Of a stretch of 64,000 nucleotides of DNA, positions 25,289-39,377 are shown in pieces (the stretch's first letter is position 1; the number at the start of each line of letters is the position of its first letter). The notes under the pieces were generated by a model that saw only the letters and a program-made list of their open reading frames with translations, was not told the origin of the DNA and did not search any database. Both the position numbers and the translations under genes were made by a program. The DNA lies in assembly GCA_025603075.1 (NCBI GenBank), contig MU626299.1, positions 1 to 64,000 on the forward strand, read 5' to 3'. Source of the DNA: Neoconidiobolus thromboides FSU 785 (Eukaryota > Fungi > Entomophthoromycota).

Positions 25289-25865
25289 ACATCATATTTA
25301 GAATTGCTGTAATTATTTTTTTAATTGGGGTTTTTTAGCTGGCTTTCATTTTTAAAGAAAATTTGGAGAAGCTATTATAGTATCAATTCTCTAAGACCTT
25401 AACCAATTGGTTGAGTACCAAAACAAGAAAGGCATTCCTATACCTTTTTACAATTTCATAATTCAGATTTTATATACACTGTGCTGTAGTATATGGCTTT
25501 ACTATAAGCGTTTGACTCTATAAATTAAAACTTTATTCCCATATGTAGGATTCCTTAAAGTATTTCAAAGGTTTAATTTAGACTAAAATTTACCTCTGAA
25601 TGTATCTGTATTTTAAAATACTTAGAGCCAATCAGTTTTTAAATGTTTGCTTGAATAGAAAAATCAAAATTTAAAATAATAATTATAGGTTACATTACTT
25701 TGATGTTTTGTAGTAAAGATTAAAACAATGGTATTCTTATTACTACGTATAGTTTATTTTTAATAAAACTGAAATAATAAGAACTTTTGTTTAAAAATAT
25801 CATTATGAAAACTTAGTATAAATTATAGGTTATTTAACAAAAAATAAAATTTAGGTTTTAATATT

Positions 25866-25965
25866 GGGGATGTATTTTTGTGTTTAAGAATTTTACTAAC
25901 AAATTTTCCCCTCAAATAGCGCTTAAAAAATGGAAAAAATAATGAAGTCAAAAAAAAACACTCTC
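25866..25965 (-). mobile_element. ~98-bp MITE
   Basis: GGGGATGTATTTTTGTG...ACACTCTC, close to consensus. TSD imperfect. Confidence 0.8.
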
Positions 25966-27029
25966 ATTATTATTTAAAAAAATTGCAGTGAATATTATTT
26001 ATTGTAAATTTTAACTTTGGTTTCAAATTTTTATTTATTAATATATAAGTTTTAATTAAAAAAATCAAACATTGGTTAAATGTAAAAAAATAATTTATAA
26101 TTGTACTTAAAAAAGTTAAAAAATATTTGTCAATATTCCAACATAATCATAGCAGCTAAATTTAGAATAATATTAACATTTTCAAAATAAAAGTTGTCTA
26201 TAAATAATTTAAGCTAATAAAAATGATTAATTGTAAAAATTATAGAAAAACCATATTATTAAAATAGTAAATATAATATTTAATATATATAAATGAATTA
26301 TTCAAAATACAAATATTTTCAATTCCAACACTCTATTACCTATAAAATAATATTCTGATTTATTTGAACTTGCAAAAGTTTTGTACAAACACTTTTAAAA
26401 AACTCTTTTAAAGTAATTTATTTTTAAAAAGCGATTTATTTTGATTTAAACATAAAGAACCTGCAAAGGTTTTAGTCATGTTTGTGTAGTTATGTTTTTT
26501 ATTGGTTTGTATTTTATTTAATTTTAAGAATCAAAATCATATTTTATTCAGGTTTTGCAAAATAATAGTAGATGTAAAAACCTGCTATGTAAGCTTTTCA
26601 TTTTTGTTAATTCAATGATACTTTTTATAATGATAAAAACAACACCCGTTTCTTTCTATTCCTTTATTTAATTAGAACTATACAACTTTTTATTACTATC
26701 CAATTTAATAGTTACTATCAATAGATTATTTCGAGAAAATATAAGTACATAATATTTAGTTTTAATAAGTTCAAAATTTCATTTGGTTAGCTTATCTGCA
26801 GTTGAACATTTCGGCTGTTCTTTTTATATATAAACTTTTTCATAAATTCATGTCCTCCCTTATAAATAAAAATCTTCTTTAAAAAGTAATAATACCACCA
26901 TAGTTTTAATTATTAATAATGCATTATATCCTGTTTATTATAAGAGTGAGCTCAGATACAAAAAATAAAGATTTGAAAAGTATATAAAGAATACATTTTC
27001 CTTAAAACTTCAAATATCTTTAAGCTATT

Positions 27030-27473
27030 ATGAGTGAAAAGAGTACCTATTTTAGCCTTAACTTCATTTTGAACTCTGAATCATCTGAAAAGGATCTTAT
27101 AGAATACCCTGAGAGGAAAGCATTTTCAGACATTACCCCACTTTCATCTGAATCCCTTTTGTGTTTGGCTCCAATCAATACATGTGCTCCTTCATCGATG
27201 AAAGATAAATATTATGAGCATTTACCATATAATACCAAGAACCTTAAACCTAAACGTAAAAGAGCTGATAATACTCAAACTCGAATTTTAGAGCAAGTAT
27301 TCAAAATTAACTCTTTTCCCTCAACTCTTGATAGAATTCAGCTGGCTGAACGATTAAAAATGACTCCAAGGGCGATCCAGATTTGGTTCCAAAATAAGCG
27401 CCAGGCTTTGAGTATTACTCGTAGCTCAGCTTACTATGGCCATAATGCATACCTTGGTTACTTTAAACTTTGA
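27030..27473 (+). CDS. Homeodomain protein HD3 (Q50), 147 aa, intronless
   Basis: KPKRKRADNTQTRILEQVF...FPSTLDRIQLAERLKMTPRAIQIWFQNKRQAL. N-terminal FSLNFILN. TATATAAA at 26981-26988. Confidence 0.95.
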   Translation: MSEKSTYFSLNFILNSESSEKDLIEYPERKAFSDITPLSSESLLCLAPINTCAPSSMKDKYYEHLPYNTKNLKPKRKRADNTQTRILEQVFKINSFPSTLDRIQLAERLKMTPRAIQIWFQNKRQALSITRSSAYYGHNAYLGYFKL

Positions 27474-30368
27474 TTTATTCTTTTTGTTTATATGCTCATT
27501 TCGAAGATCTAGTTATCCCCCAAAATACTCGATTATCTTTTACTATAACAGTATATCATTAATTCTATTGCGTTTTTCAAGCTTTGTATATATCTTTTGG
27601 CTTTGAAACATTTTTTTATCAATAAAAGTTTTGGGTTTTACTCAAATTCATTCATGTATTATTTTTAGATTATTAACTAGTAATGTAAGTTTTTTTATGA
27701 CTATCTTCAGTACATTGTTTCCTCTATCAATTATAAGTATAAGCAATTTACATAAAGCTTGATATAAGAAATTAGTATAACTCAAATTACCCAAACAAAG
27801 TCAATAAGACATTACACTGTTTTTTTAGATAATGTTGTGAATTAAATAAATTTTACAAGGCATTCTTATAAATTGTAATAAGCTTAGACTAAACATGTTA
27901 AAAAACACTTGTTCTAGGCTTATATTTCCATTAGTTATGCATCTATATCTTTCTATAAACCATAAATATATATTTTGATATAGACTATTAAATATTGATT
28001 TAGACAAATTTGATGAGAATATTTACAATATTGTTCTCAACCTATAATTATATCGACTTTAGAGTAGACACATACAAATAATGATTGGTAATAAAAGTAC
28101 CCTTTTTGAAAATTTTACTAAAATGGTAAGCTATTATACAATTTTAATATTTTAAAAACAACTCCCCTAACAAGTAAATATTAACCAAGATTATTAAACT
28201 AGTTTTCAACCAATTGTTTTTTGTTTATGAACCTAATAATTTTGAATAAATACTTTTTTTAAAAATTAGAATCATTTTCAATATAATAAACTCGTTTAAT
28301 CTTATCCCCTAAACCTAGTCATGAATGGCGGAAAGCATCTTAAAAGTCAATCTTAATAATTATCAAATTATACTTCCAAAATGTTTCTAATAGAAGATAT
28401 CGATCTTGGCTGAATTGGTTTTTACAGTATAATTTGATTCTAGATAAAATAGCGTTTGAAGTAGTTCCTTTTATCTGATTAGCTATACAATAAAGAATTG
28501 AATTTTGAGTTTTAACTTAGATTATTTTCAAGCTATTATATAGTTGCACTACATGATGATTAAACTATTAGATATTATAGCTATGTTATTGATATGTAAA
28601 ATGCTAATTAAATAATTCAATAGAAAAGTATAAAAAATACCTCCCAAGAATTCATGTCATGAGTCTTTATATTATAGTTAAAAATAGGCAAATTTGACAA
28701 GAATATGAAACTATAAAGATATCACAAATTACAATAAATTTAATAAATTTTTAATATCACAAAATTTCTATCCCTTGTCCTATTTGAATACGTATCTACA
28801 CTCCGAAGCTAATAGCATTTTTATAACATGGTCTCTTATTGACGATTTACTTAAACTGCCTTTATATTTTAAAACATGAAAATTACTAAAGATATTTGTG
28901 GTATGATAAACTTCAATGTAAAACTATTTATATGAATAGGCGGAAAATGATTTTTGACTTATTTGAAAATTTAATTTTAAATAAACTTAAAAGTATGATA
29001 AATACACAAATAATATTTCCTGTAATATTTATAATACCAATATTCAATTATTATTTTTAATGTTTTTTAAAAAGGTATAGTTATATAAAAACAAGAATTT
29101 TTTCCATTTATTATACCCATAAACTTTAATGAACTAAAAATAATCGTAACATTGTTAAAATAAGTAATTACAGCGACAAACTATTGTACTTGCATCTCAA
29201 AACAAGAAAAAAAATAAAAGCTGATGTTTCGATTTTTTTCACCATTTTCAAAGTAAATAGTCTACTCAAACCGTATTACTATTTAATTGATGCTAAAACA
29301 AAGGCCTTGTGTCAAACTATGATTTAATGAAGCACAGCTAGATGCTATTTTGATGTACGTTTTTCAGGTTAGGGGTTCTATATTACAGGTAGATTTGGAT
29401 AAATTAAAATCTACCTTTACCAATTTTATCTTTTCATTAGCAATTGATTTATCTTTATTAATGACAAGGGATAAAAATGATCCTCTTTCAAAATAAAACC
29501 TGTACAAATTATTAAATCACGTTTTAATAAATAACTTACTATAAATAGTATTTTAATAGTAGGATGGATTCAAAACAACTGATCAGTTTGTGTTAATAGA
29601 ATTAATAAAGTGTATAACTTATATCTATAGGACATTAATAAAATAATTTAATAGTTTGCTTAATTTTTATATCATACAGTGCTTTGTAAGACAAATAAAA
29701 TAAAGCAGATTTCATTATATTTGTATATAAATACAAATGATACTACTAGTTTAAGTTGAATGTGTATTGGCCATTTTTTTGTAATTACTGAGTTTAAACA
29801 TGGCATGGGATACATTGTTAAATTAAAAATGCTCAATCCACATTTAATTTAAACCAGTAGTAGCTAGAAATAAAGTAAATCCAATTACAAACTTTAGATT
29901 TGCCCAAATATATTTCGAACTCTGATCAGTCCTATTTTTTACTACTACTGTCCTAAAATAACTGTCCTCTCTTTTGTGAAAGCTTTGTATTTTATTTGAA
30001 TTTATGCAGAAATCCACTTTCAGCTCCTATTGGGCTAATTCTCTCATTAGATTGTGTTATATGATAGTATTAAAATAAAGTTCTAAGATAAAAAATACTT
30101 CAAAACGCTTTAATTAGCTAAAAACATCTAAAATGAACATTTAATTAGTATAATAATGCATCTATTGTGACAATTTTTTAATTTTATAACTATGATGATA
30201 GTTAAATTTACTATATAATTCATGTTATTATATAGATATATGTTTTTTAGTTTGAAGAAGACGAGCTCCTAAGGGACGGTTTTATTACTTATATAAAAGT
30301 GGATTGAATAACAGGGTATTGTATAAATATTATAGTTGAATTTTTACAATAGCAATAAATTAGGATAT

Positions 30369-30467
30369 GGGAGTGTTTTTTTTGACTTCATTATTTTTTC
30401 CATTTTTTAAGCGCTATTTAAGCGGAAAATTTGTTAGTAAAATTCTTAAACACAAAAATACATCCCC
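30369..30467 (+). mobile_element. ~98-bp MITE (near-consensus copy)
   Basis: GGGAGTG...CATCCCC, TSD ATAT. Confidence 0.9.
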
Positions 30468-31008
30468 ATATCATTGGCTACTTTTATGAAGGGTTTGAGA
30501 TTTTGATTCTTCAGGTAAACTCATGAAGTACACTTCCAAACCATGTATTTACGCTCAATAGCATGTATAGTTATATAGTATGTATTACCGGTTTGTTCTG
30601 ATCACTACTTATTTTCCTGTACTTTGAATAGGATGTGTTTCATATTATTAATTAAAAGGTCCCATTCTGATTCCGGATAAAGCTTATAAAGCTACTTAAA
30701 TAAACAGTACCTCAGGCACGTAACTCTAAACGAAATGAAGTAGAATATATTAATACAATTAGGTAAAAAGCCTAACTGAATTTAAGTCAACACTTCATGA
30801 TATCTATTTATAGTATTTTGTCCATTTTTTATGCAACTTAAACTTCTAAAAAATAGCAACTAACCTTTAAGCAAAAAATGTACTCCCAGATTTTATTCAA
30901 AATAATAAATGAGAACATATTTACCCAACAAATGTAAAGCCCTTTCAGATCCTGTTAAAATTAATTACTTCAAAAAATTAAATTAAATGAAAAATTGACC
31001 AGTATAAC

Positions 31009-33173
31009 TTAATTAGTTTCAGTCAACCCATAATAAGATTTAACAATAAAAAGTACATGTTTGTACTCTTTCGAATAAGTATGATCACTGGGATAATTTG
31101 GGATAGCTTTAATAGAATGCTTCAAAAGCTGCTGAGTTAATTTTAATTCCATTTCTTTCTCTTTATTCAAAATGTGACTGTTAAAAATCAATCCTTTAAT
31201 ATGCAACATCTCTTTTGTAACCTGGACTAAACTAGTGACTATCAAACTTTTTTTATATTCATAAAACTTTTCATTGTATAAAGTTACTTCCATTAAATAC
31301 TTAACTATTTGCTTAAACAGCGGATTTAAACAGTCCTTTTGCTCAGATACGAATAATTCTATGTAATCATTAATAGGAATGTACGTTCGATAGTTATCCA
31401 TGATAAAATAATTAATTCGCTTGAAATATCGAGATACTTTATAACGATTTAAATCAACATTACATATATTTAAAAACTCATTGAATGGGATACACTCTGA
31501 GTTGAATAGATACATTGCAAAATAAAAGCATAATTGAGAAGTATAAATTATGTGTTCATTCTTAACTAATTTATGACAAGTTAAAAATCGATCCATATGA
31601 TGTACAGATTCAAACAATACGTCCTTAGGCAGTTCTAATTTATTACATAAGGTAGCTAGGTTACCTATCATTGTTGATCGTAGTTCAACTGAAAATCCAA
31701 GTCGAATTAATTCTGTATAATCAACCATATAATTATCCTAAATAAAAGTAAACATATTGATTTATTATTAAATAGTGTTTGAATCTTATTTACCTCTACT
31801 TTTTTGTAAAAATCAAGTTTAACTAGCTTAGCCTTTATTTCTTTTCCAATGTTTAAATCTGTAATATTTAGTAATTATTTTTTAAAGCATAGTTAATTAT
31901 ATTTACCACTGAATTCGATCTTATCATTGCTAGTGTAGTTTCTTTTACTAGAAAGCGGAGTACTATGTTGGGCATTATAGTTCCCGTAATAGTTTTTATT
32001 AAGTATTCTATCAATGTTGACTTTCTTGGTTTCTAACTCTATGTTTTGTAACTCCACTTTTAATTTTTGTGCTGCAGTCAAGTTAACTTGACTTTGATTT
32101 ATTCCTTCTTTTTTACGATTTATAGTTAATAATTCCGTTTCTGATTTATTATAAAACATTTTGTCTGTTTCTTTATTCTCTAAAATATCAAACGCTTCGC
32201 CGTTATTACTTGATAAATTGAATTTGAACAACTTTTCTGGTAAACTTAAATTGTGTAATATATCATCTTCTAACCTGATATCTAATTTTTTATTATTTAA
32301 ATGCTTGTCAAATGGAATTTCATTTAAATCATCAATGCTATTTTCCCTAACATTACTAATTCCTTCTAAAAAACTAGTCGATAAATCACCTCTATCTTGT
32401 TTAATCTTTTTGTCTACTTGAATTGAGCTCGGATTTTGATAAATTGGCTCCATTCGTTTTTGAGGTTCAATTAACATCGATTCTATTTTACTAAACGTAA
32501 TGTCATCGTCTAAGTTTAATGAGTTATCCCTATCAAAACTTCTATCAAGTAAAATTGAAGGCTCCTCTTCACTAAATGTTGAGCGATTGATGCTATTCCT
32601 ATTCAACTTTAGGTTAGATCCCCCATTTACCACCGTTAATTCTGCTTCACTCAATCGAAATTTACTTTTTGATAGCCCAAATTTTTTTTCATTATATTTA
32701 ACAGCTTCCAAGACACCGTCACTTTTCACCTTCTTTTTCCGCATTTCTTTAGACAATTCACTGTAGTAAGACTGATTGTATTCATTTTTATCCAATTTCT
32801 CATTGCTATTTCTACTTGATGCTCTTCTACCGTTGTGCTTACTTTGGCTTTTATTTGTTTCTCCTCCTGGTATATATTCTTCATCCAAATTTCTTTTGTA
32901 CGTAATTGTCGTAATACCTCCATTTTTTCTGGTAACTTCTTCATTTAAACTTTGAATCGCTGTATTTTTGATTTTATTCCCCCCTACTTCAAGATATTTA
33001 TTCTAAATATCAATTAATATTAAATTAGTTACATATTTCAGAATTACCATTAAATCATCCAAGGCTTCTAATCCATGTCTTATTTCACTAATGTTAGGCT
33101 CTGAAATTCCATTCTCATTAAGATCTCCATTTGAGTCACTAAACTTATTTATCCTTGAATTATTGTTTTTCAT
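31009..33173 (-). CDS. Divergent cyclin-fold protein with long low-complexity N-terminus, 4 exons, ~670 aa
   Basis: ATG at 33173. Three short introns (45-56 nt) join exon 1 with ORFs 32888-31893 and 31728-31009 in frame. Cyclin-box-like ELRSTMIGNL...LELPKDVLFESVHHMDRFL and C-terminal box YLMEVTLYNEKFYEYKKSLIV. Confidence 0.75.
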
Positions 33174-33489
33174 GTTTAAAGAAGTTAATATTAGAAAAAA
33201 TTGCTTTGTAGTCTGGTAATTTAATCATTCTATTTTATTGGTCCATCCATTTTGTAGTAGTTAGATATGAATTTAGTTTAAGATTGTTGGAAAAATAATT
33301 TGGCACCATCAAAATGTATAAAATAAAAATAAGAATAGCTTAATAGAATATTTTGGACTTGATCTTTTTTAATGTTATTTTTACATTTAAATACTGTCAT
33401 ATTTTACTAAATAATATAGCCCATTCACAAATAATCTATGTTTGCTATTAAAATTTAGATAAAGCTTATTAATTTAGTTTGGATTAAAT

Positions 33490-33541
33490 TGTTGTCAATT
33501 TAAGCTATATATTATATTGTCAATTTAAGCTATATATTATA
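33490..33541. repeat. 25-bp tandem duplication
   Basis: TTGTCAATTTAAGCTATATATTATA occurs twice in tandem. Confidence 0.75.
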
Positions 33542-34047
33542 ACATATTTAAAATGAAAAGTTGACTATTGTAAATAAATTTTAATAAAACGGAACCTTTC
33601 ACACACTATGATGGTACCAGAATAAATCTAGAATAAAATAATAAGAGTATTCAAAAACTTAGCATATTTGATTAGTCAGAACGAAAAAAGTTTAGAGTAG
33701 TTTTATAAGTGAAATATCACTGGTTAATCGATCGAAATATTTGTACCTGACTGAGACTATTTAACTTCGATTCAGTTATAATGTAAAAATAATAATTGTT
33801 TAGATTTCTAAAACCCTCCCCTTAATTTTGTAACCTTTAAATCCGATACTAGATTTTTAATCTTCCTCCCATTAATGACATCAAATATCTTTTGATGATG
33901 TTTTATATTTGGTTATTGATAACTTGACCCTTAAAAACTTAATTTATTATCTATTATATTAGGATAGAGTCTATCTTTGAAAACGAAATTCTCAAAGTAA
34001 ATAATTTAAAATATTAATACCAAGTAAAATAGTAATATCTAATAAAT

Positions 34048-34148
34048 AGGAATGTATTTTTTTGTTTAAGAATTCTACTAACAATCTTTCTGCATAAGTC
34101 AAGTAGCGCTTAAAATAGAAAAGTGATGAAGCCAAAAAAAATACTCCC
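34048..34148 (-). mobile_element. ~98-bp MITE
   Basis: AGGAATG...ACTCCC, TSD AAAT. Confidence 0.8.
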
Positions 34149-35583
34149 AAATATTAAGTTGAATGAAATATTAAACCAAATAAATATACTAAGAATAAAC
34201 AGATTAATTTGAGATGTTCTATTTTAGTTTTACATACTTTTGAATAATCTGAGATCCTTTTATTATTTATTGAACCTGAACTTTGAGCTCAATTTATATT
34301 AAATTTCGATCTTCATTAATTGGAGCTCTAATATAATTTAAATATATTAAAATTAAAACTAAAATTAGTATATGATACTGCTTTTTAGAAACTATTTTTA
34401 ACTGGATCATTACAATATTTCATATATATTTAGTATTTTTGTTATAACATTGTATTCTAATTAGAAGTTTATGTAATAAAATTTATTTTTTTGACGTGAA
34501 TTATTAATTGATTAATCTTGAAAAGTAATTAATCTTACGATCCTAGATTTAATAGAAGCGATAATGTATTTAGTATTGAATACCACAAAAGCATCTTAAA
34601 CCCGAGACACCTTTGTTTTAAATTACAAGATTCAGAATATTTAAATTACTATTTACATTAAATTTTATTAGGTTTATGTAGACAATAAAAACAACTAATT
34701 GATGGAATTGAGGTAAATGTATATCTTTTAAGAAATGAGAAGTATTTATAAACACGTTAACTATGTATAATCAACTGTTTCATTTTCTATTACTTAAAGG
34801 AGATTAGCCTTAAACTAAATCTTGTGTTAATAATAGTTATAACTACAAAACATAATGATTTAAGTTTCTATTTCAACAAACAACAGCAACCGGTTAGTAT
34901 TAACCAATTTTAGTTAAATTTACCTATTGCATTTAAATTCGATCAATATAATTCCTTTAAATAAGACCTATGTTTTTTATAGCATTCTATTTTTATACCC
35001 CGATATAATTATCGGATAAATAACTTGTAGTTTGATTTCATTTAATCCTATAAATTACTTAATGGGATGTTAATTTAGAATCCTGCTTTAAAATAAATGA
35101 TCCTAAGCTATGGTACGTATTCTTAGAAGTAAGGAATAAAAATTAAAACATTGTAAGCCTGGTTTATCCACTCAAAGCACCATTGACAATCTCTTCTCTA
35201 TGCTTGTTTATTAGTTTGTATTATTAATAGAAATATATTATTTGTATTTTTACAAAAAATAATGTGTTCAAAAAAGGGTAACTCCATAACATGGAAAGAC
35301 ATAGCTAAATTAAGTAGACTTCTAGATTTGAAACCATTTTAAAACCAAGCTGGACAAGCCAATTTAAGAAATTTAATAGAAAATACAAAAAAAGTGGAAA
35401 ATTACTTCAAATTATTGGCTGTATGAATCATGTAAAACAGGGATATAAAACAAAAAGAGGTGATTGAATAGAAAATAATAAAATATTAAGCAATAATTAT
35501 TTGATAATAGTTTATGACCCTCAAATAAATACGGCATATATAAACTTCAATTTCAATCTTTAAATTATTTTTAACTTTAAAAT

Positions 35584-36027
35584 ATGTTATCCAAATTATT
35601 AAAACATAAATTGTCGATTAGCTTGATTAATTTTAATCTTATTGAAGAATCAGAGAAGCTTCATCCAAAATATACAGACCAACATGTTCGTCTACCAAGC
35701 ATCACTGAGCTACTACATCAACAAGTGTACGACTATGAAGAAAACGAAGAAAGGGATGAGAGAGCAGAAAGAGAAAGATTATCCCCAGTAATAAGAAGAG
35801 TCGAAGCCATAGTACGCACAATAGGGTACCCAATGGTCAACTATCATCAACCTAGATCACGTATCTTACCAAGCCAAACCTTAATATTAAACTCAGTATA
35901 TAAAATTACTGAATTTCCTACCCGACAAATGCGCCATTATCTTGCTAAAATATTAGGTTTACCACCAAGATCAGTACAGATCTGGTTTCAAAATCAACGC
36001 CAAAAGAAGAGATTTGGTAAAAAATAA
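35584..36027 (+). CDS. Homeodomain protein HD4 (Q50), 147 aa, intronless
   Basis: QPRSRILPSQTLILNSVY...FPTRQMRHYLAKILGLPPRSVQIWFQNQRQK. LPSITELL motif. TATATAAA at 35537-35544. Confidence 0.95.
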   Translation: MLSKLLKHKLSISLINFNLIEESEKLHPKYTDQHVRLPSITELLHQQVYDYEENEERDERAERERLSPVIRRVEAIVRTIGYPMVNYHQPRSRILPSQTLILNSVYKITEFPTRQMRHYLAKILGLPPRSVQIWFQNQRQKKRFGKK

Positions 36028-36086
36028 ATTAATTTAATCCTTTTTATTATTTTAAAAAATAAAGCTTGTTATTATAAAGTTATTAT

Positions 36087-36812
36087 TTAACATGAGTATG
36101 TAATTGATTCTACTTCCATAGCTATATATCCATTCTTAACTATTTCACTATCTTGCCAATTAATTTGACCACCTGCCCAATCTCTTGTCCCTGCTGCGCT
36201 TGCACCTCCATCCCAAATTGAGAAATAGATATTTGTAGGAGTATTAGGAAACTTTTCTCCTGTTTCACTCTTCTTTACCGTACGGACAACCTTTCCATCA
36301 ATTAGCCAGCTTAGTTCGTCTTGAGTCCAGTTGATTCCATAATCATGAAACTCTTGATAAGTATTATATGAATTAGGAATATAAACTCCTTTTGTGTAAT
36401 CTAATTCCCCACGATAATAGTAGTTTGTTTGAGAACTATGTTCATCTTTACCTACCCATTCCCAATCTACTTCATCTTTCTCATTTGACATCAATACAAA
36501 AGCACTAACTACCCCTCCTACTCTTGCTGACTTTATCCTCGCATTTAAACTACCATATAATATCTTGGTATTACTCATCACTTTCGCACCATATCCTATT
36601 GTTATTCCAGACGTTTGATTCTGCGTATTTCCCGGGCTTATCTTTAAAAATAGTTTACCATCCTGGACCATAGTTTGTCCTTCTGCGCTAAACATCCCCA
36701 TACCATTAGCAAATTCTTCTGTCCAACCACTACACGCCATATTTTGCCTTTTTGTTAAATTTGGAAGACTTACGATCGGAGCTATTAGTAAAAAGTAGCG
36801 GAATAAATTCAT
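36087..36812 (-). CDS. Secreted GH16 glycoside hydrolase/transglycosylase, Crh-like, 241 aa
   Basis: Signal peptide and KR site. YG...ARIK...GGVVSAF, catalytic DEVDWEWVG, QTNYY.RG, FH.YGINW, P.TP..I.FSIW.GG, WAGG. Confidence 0.92.
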   Translation of the reverse strand: MNLFRYFLLIAPIVSLPNLTKRQNMACSGWTEEFANGMGMFSAEGQTMVQDGKLFLKISPGNTQNQTSGITIGYGAKVMSNTKILYGSLNARIKSARVGGVVSAFVLMSNEKDEVDWEWVGKDEHSSQTNYYYRGELDYTKGVYIPNSYNTYQEFHDYGINWTQDELSWLIDGKVVRTVKKSETGEKFPNTPTNIYFSIWDGGASAAGTRDWAGGQINWQDSEIVKNGYIAMEVESITYSC

Positions 36813-38418
36813 GGCTTTTGATTGTATTAATTGAACTTTGTTTTTATATTAAGTTTTAATATATTTATATACCTCTTTGTTTTTTTATTTATACTCGACT
36901 ATCTATTAATACAATACACCATTTGCAAACCCCACGTGAGTTTCCCCAAATCTCAAAAGCTTAGTTTCAATCGTTTGAAGAATGCGATCTAATTTTAAAT
37001 TTGTAACGAAATCTTTTTAATTGCTTCTTTTTCTCCATTAATATGTTTTAAATTTTAGTTATTTTTTACTTTGGGTGCTTTTTAATATATTTAGTAAAGC
37101 ATAATTTTCTTTTTAAACTGGCTGGTTTTTGGGCAGTTGGCTTTAATATGGTCCAAAAAAGGTGGCTTTTTTATAATGTTTTTTTGGGATTAGTTAAGTT
37201 TGATTTAACTTTGTAGTTGTTGTGAGTTAAGAGTGGGGTAATTAAATTTTATCAATTTTAATCTTAGTAGTATAATAAAAATATAACACTAAGTAACTAT
37301 TATATATATGTTAATATTATATAATACAACCTGTTTTACGAAATGACAATGTCCTTATCCTATTGCATTATAAAGGTTGATATATTTGCTTGTTATAATA
37401 ATACCTTTAATATAGCTTAAATTATAAACAAACTAATATAACATCTCAACAATCTAACTTCTTTAATCATGGATCGAAATTTTAAATACTCTTTTATATA
37501 AATCTATTATAATACAGTAGTGACACAAAATTAGCTTTCATAGAGTTCAAAAAAATAATATGATTTTAAAATTAGCACATGTGTTTTTAATATACTATGA
37601 TCTTATAATACAATTGATATAAAACTTAAAAATAATAATTATGAGCTATTTTATATTGATTTTTATTAATTTTAAGTCTTATATTACACTTTGTTTATAA
37701 AACTATAATACAAGACATATTAATTTTAAAATTATTTAGCTTTTTTAAATTACAGCTAATTTAATTGCCATTTTACAAGACTAAGATTATTTTAGCTGCT
37801 CCAGATTTTTTGTAGCTTACTTCAAATATTTATTTGAATAAAATTGAATAAAATTAATTAAAATGCAATATCTTTAAATTTGCTTTGAAATTAAGCATTT
37901 AACTTTGAATAACCATTTTTCAATCATTAATAATTAAAAGCATTGCATAAAGACTAAGTATTAAAAATTAATTATATAAATAATAATTCAGTTATAAAAA
38001 TTACTATTAAAAAAGTTATAATAGCTGTATTAATACTTTTTTTTTACTAAATTTAAAAATTGAATTAAATATAACTAAGCTTTATAAATTTTATTTGTGC
38101 TTAAATTAGTAGCTTATATGGTATTACTATAAAACTATATTCAATAAATATATAGCGATGTTTAGATTAATTTCAGAATTTAACTAAAAATTAATCTAAA
38201 TTTTAGATTTCTTTATTTCCTTTAAATAATTTTTTAGTTATACATTTTACATCATTTCTATTGAATGTTTGATGAAGATAAAAATTTTAAATTGAATATA
38301 AATAGAAATCGATGTTTATTCAAAGATAATTAATAGTAATAGTGTATTAATATTACAGCCTATTATTAAAATATAAAAAAAGTAAGAATAAGTAAATTAA
38401 AACTATCATATAATATAT

Positions 38419-38512
38419 GGGGGTGTATTTGTGTCTAGGAATTCTACTAACATTTTTTCCGCTCAAATAGTACTTAAAAGATGTAAGTAATGAAGCCAAA
38501 AAAAACACTCCT
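38419..38512 (-). mobile_element. ~98-bp MITE
   Basis: GGGGGTGTA...CACTCCT, flanks ATAT/GTAT. Confidence 0.75.
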
Positions 38513-38591
38513 GTATATTAAATAATTTAATTGTTTTACTAAGGTTTGATAAAAAAAATAATAAATACTTATTAAATAGTATATATATGGG

Positions 38592-39057
38592 TGTGAAATC
38601 TGGTACTCAGTGATTGGAGTCAAAAGTAGTTTTTGCTTGGTTGACTATGCTATAGGTCGAAAGGTCTTAGTTTATGTGACTAAGATAAACTTGAATTATC
38701 AAGAATAACATGTAATAAGCTACAGACTATGTAAGACAAATAGAATAGACAATACTAATCTAAGATCTATGTAAAGTACTATCAGAAAGGTTTAATAGCT
38801 TCATTAAAGGTACAAAACATCAAGGAATAATTCAATTTAAAAACCTCAAGCTACTATGTTCTAGAATCTCTTTTATACTTCGACAAGTACAAATATCAAA
38901 ACAGAGAGATAATGTCCTTCGGAATCACATGGCAGAAACCCTCATACCAAACCAAAACAAAAGCATGAAATCAATTGGCTCTGAACTCGAGAACATAACA
39001 ACTTAAGTGATTGTTATGCTATGATCAATCATGAAACTGGTTAAGCGATATTTCACA
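38592..39057 (+). mobile_element. Solo LTR (subfamily B), 466 bp
   Basis: TGTGAAAT...ATTTCACA (TG..CA ends with short inverted termini). TSD not matched. Confidence 0.85.
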
Positions 39058-39377
39058 TAGATTTAAAAAAAGTTAAAATAAATAGTAGTTTAAATTCTAA
39101 TTTTTTTTGCTAAGAATTATAAAAAAATATAATTAATGAATATTTTGGAAATCTTTTATAATAAAAACAGCTTTAAAGCATTAAGTAAAATAAAAAATAT
39201 TAGTTAATTAATTTAAAAATTTAATATTTTTATTTGTAAATATAACAAAATCAATAATTTAACTATTAATAGTAAAAAAACAGATGTAATTTTTAAAAAG
39301 TATAAAAAAATAAAGATATAAAAAAATAAAAACTACTGAAAAGTGTTTATATTTTATCAAACAATAATAAACTATAT

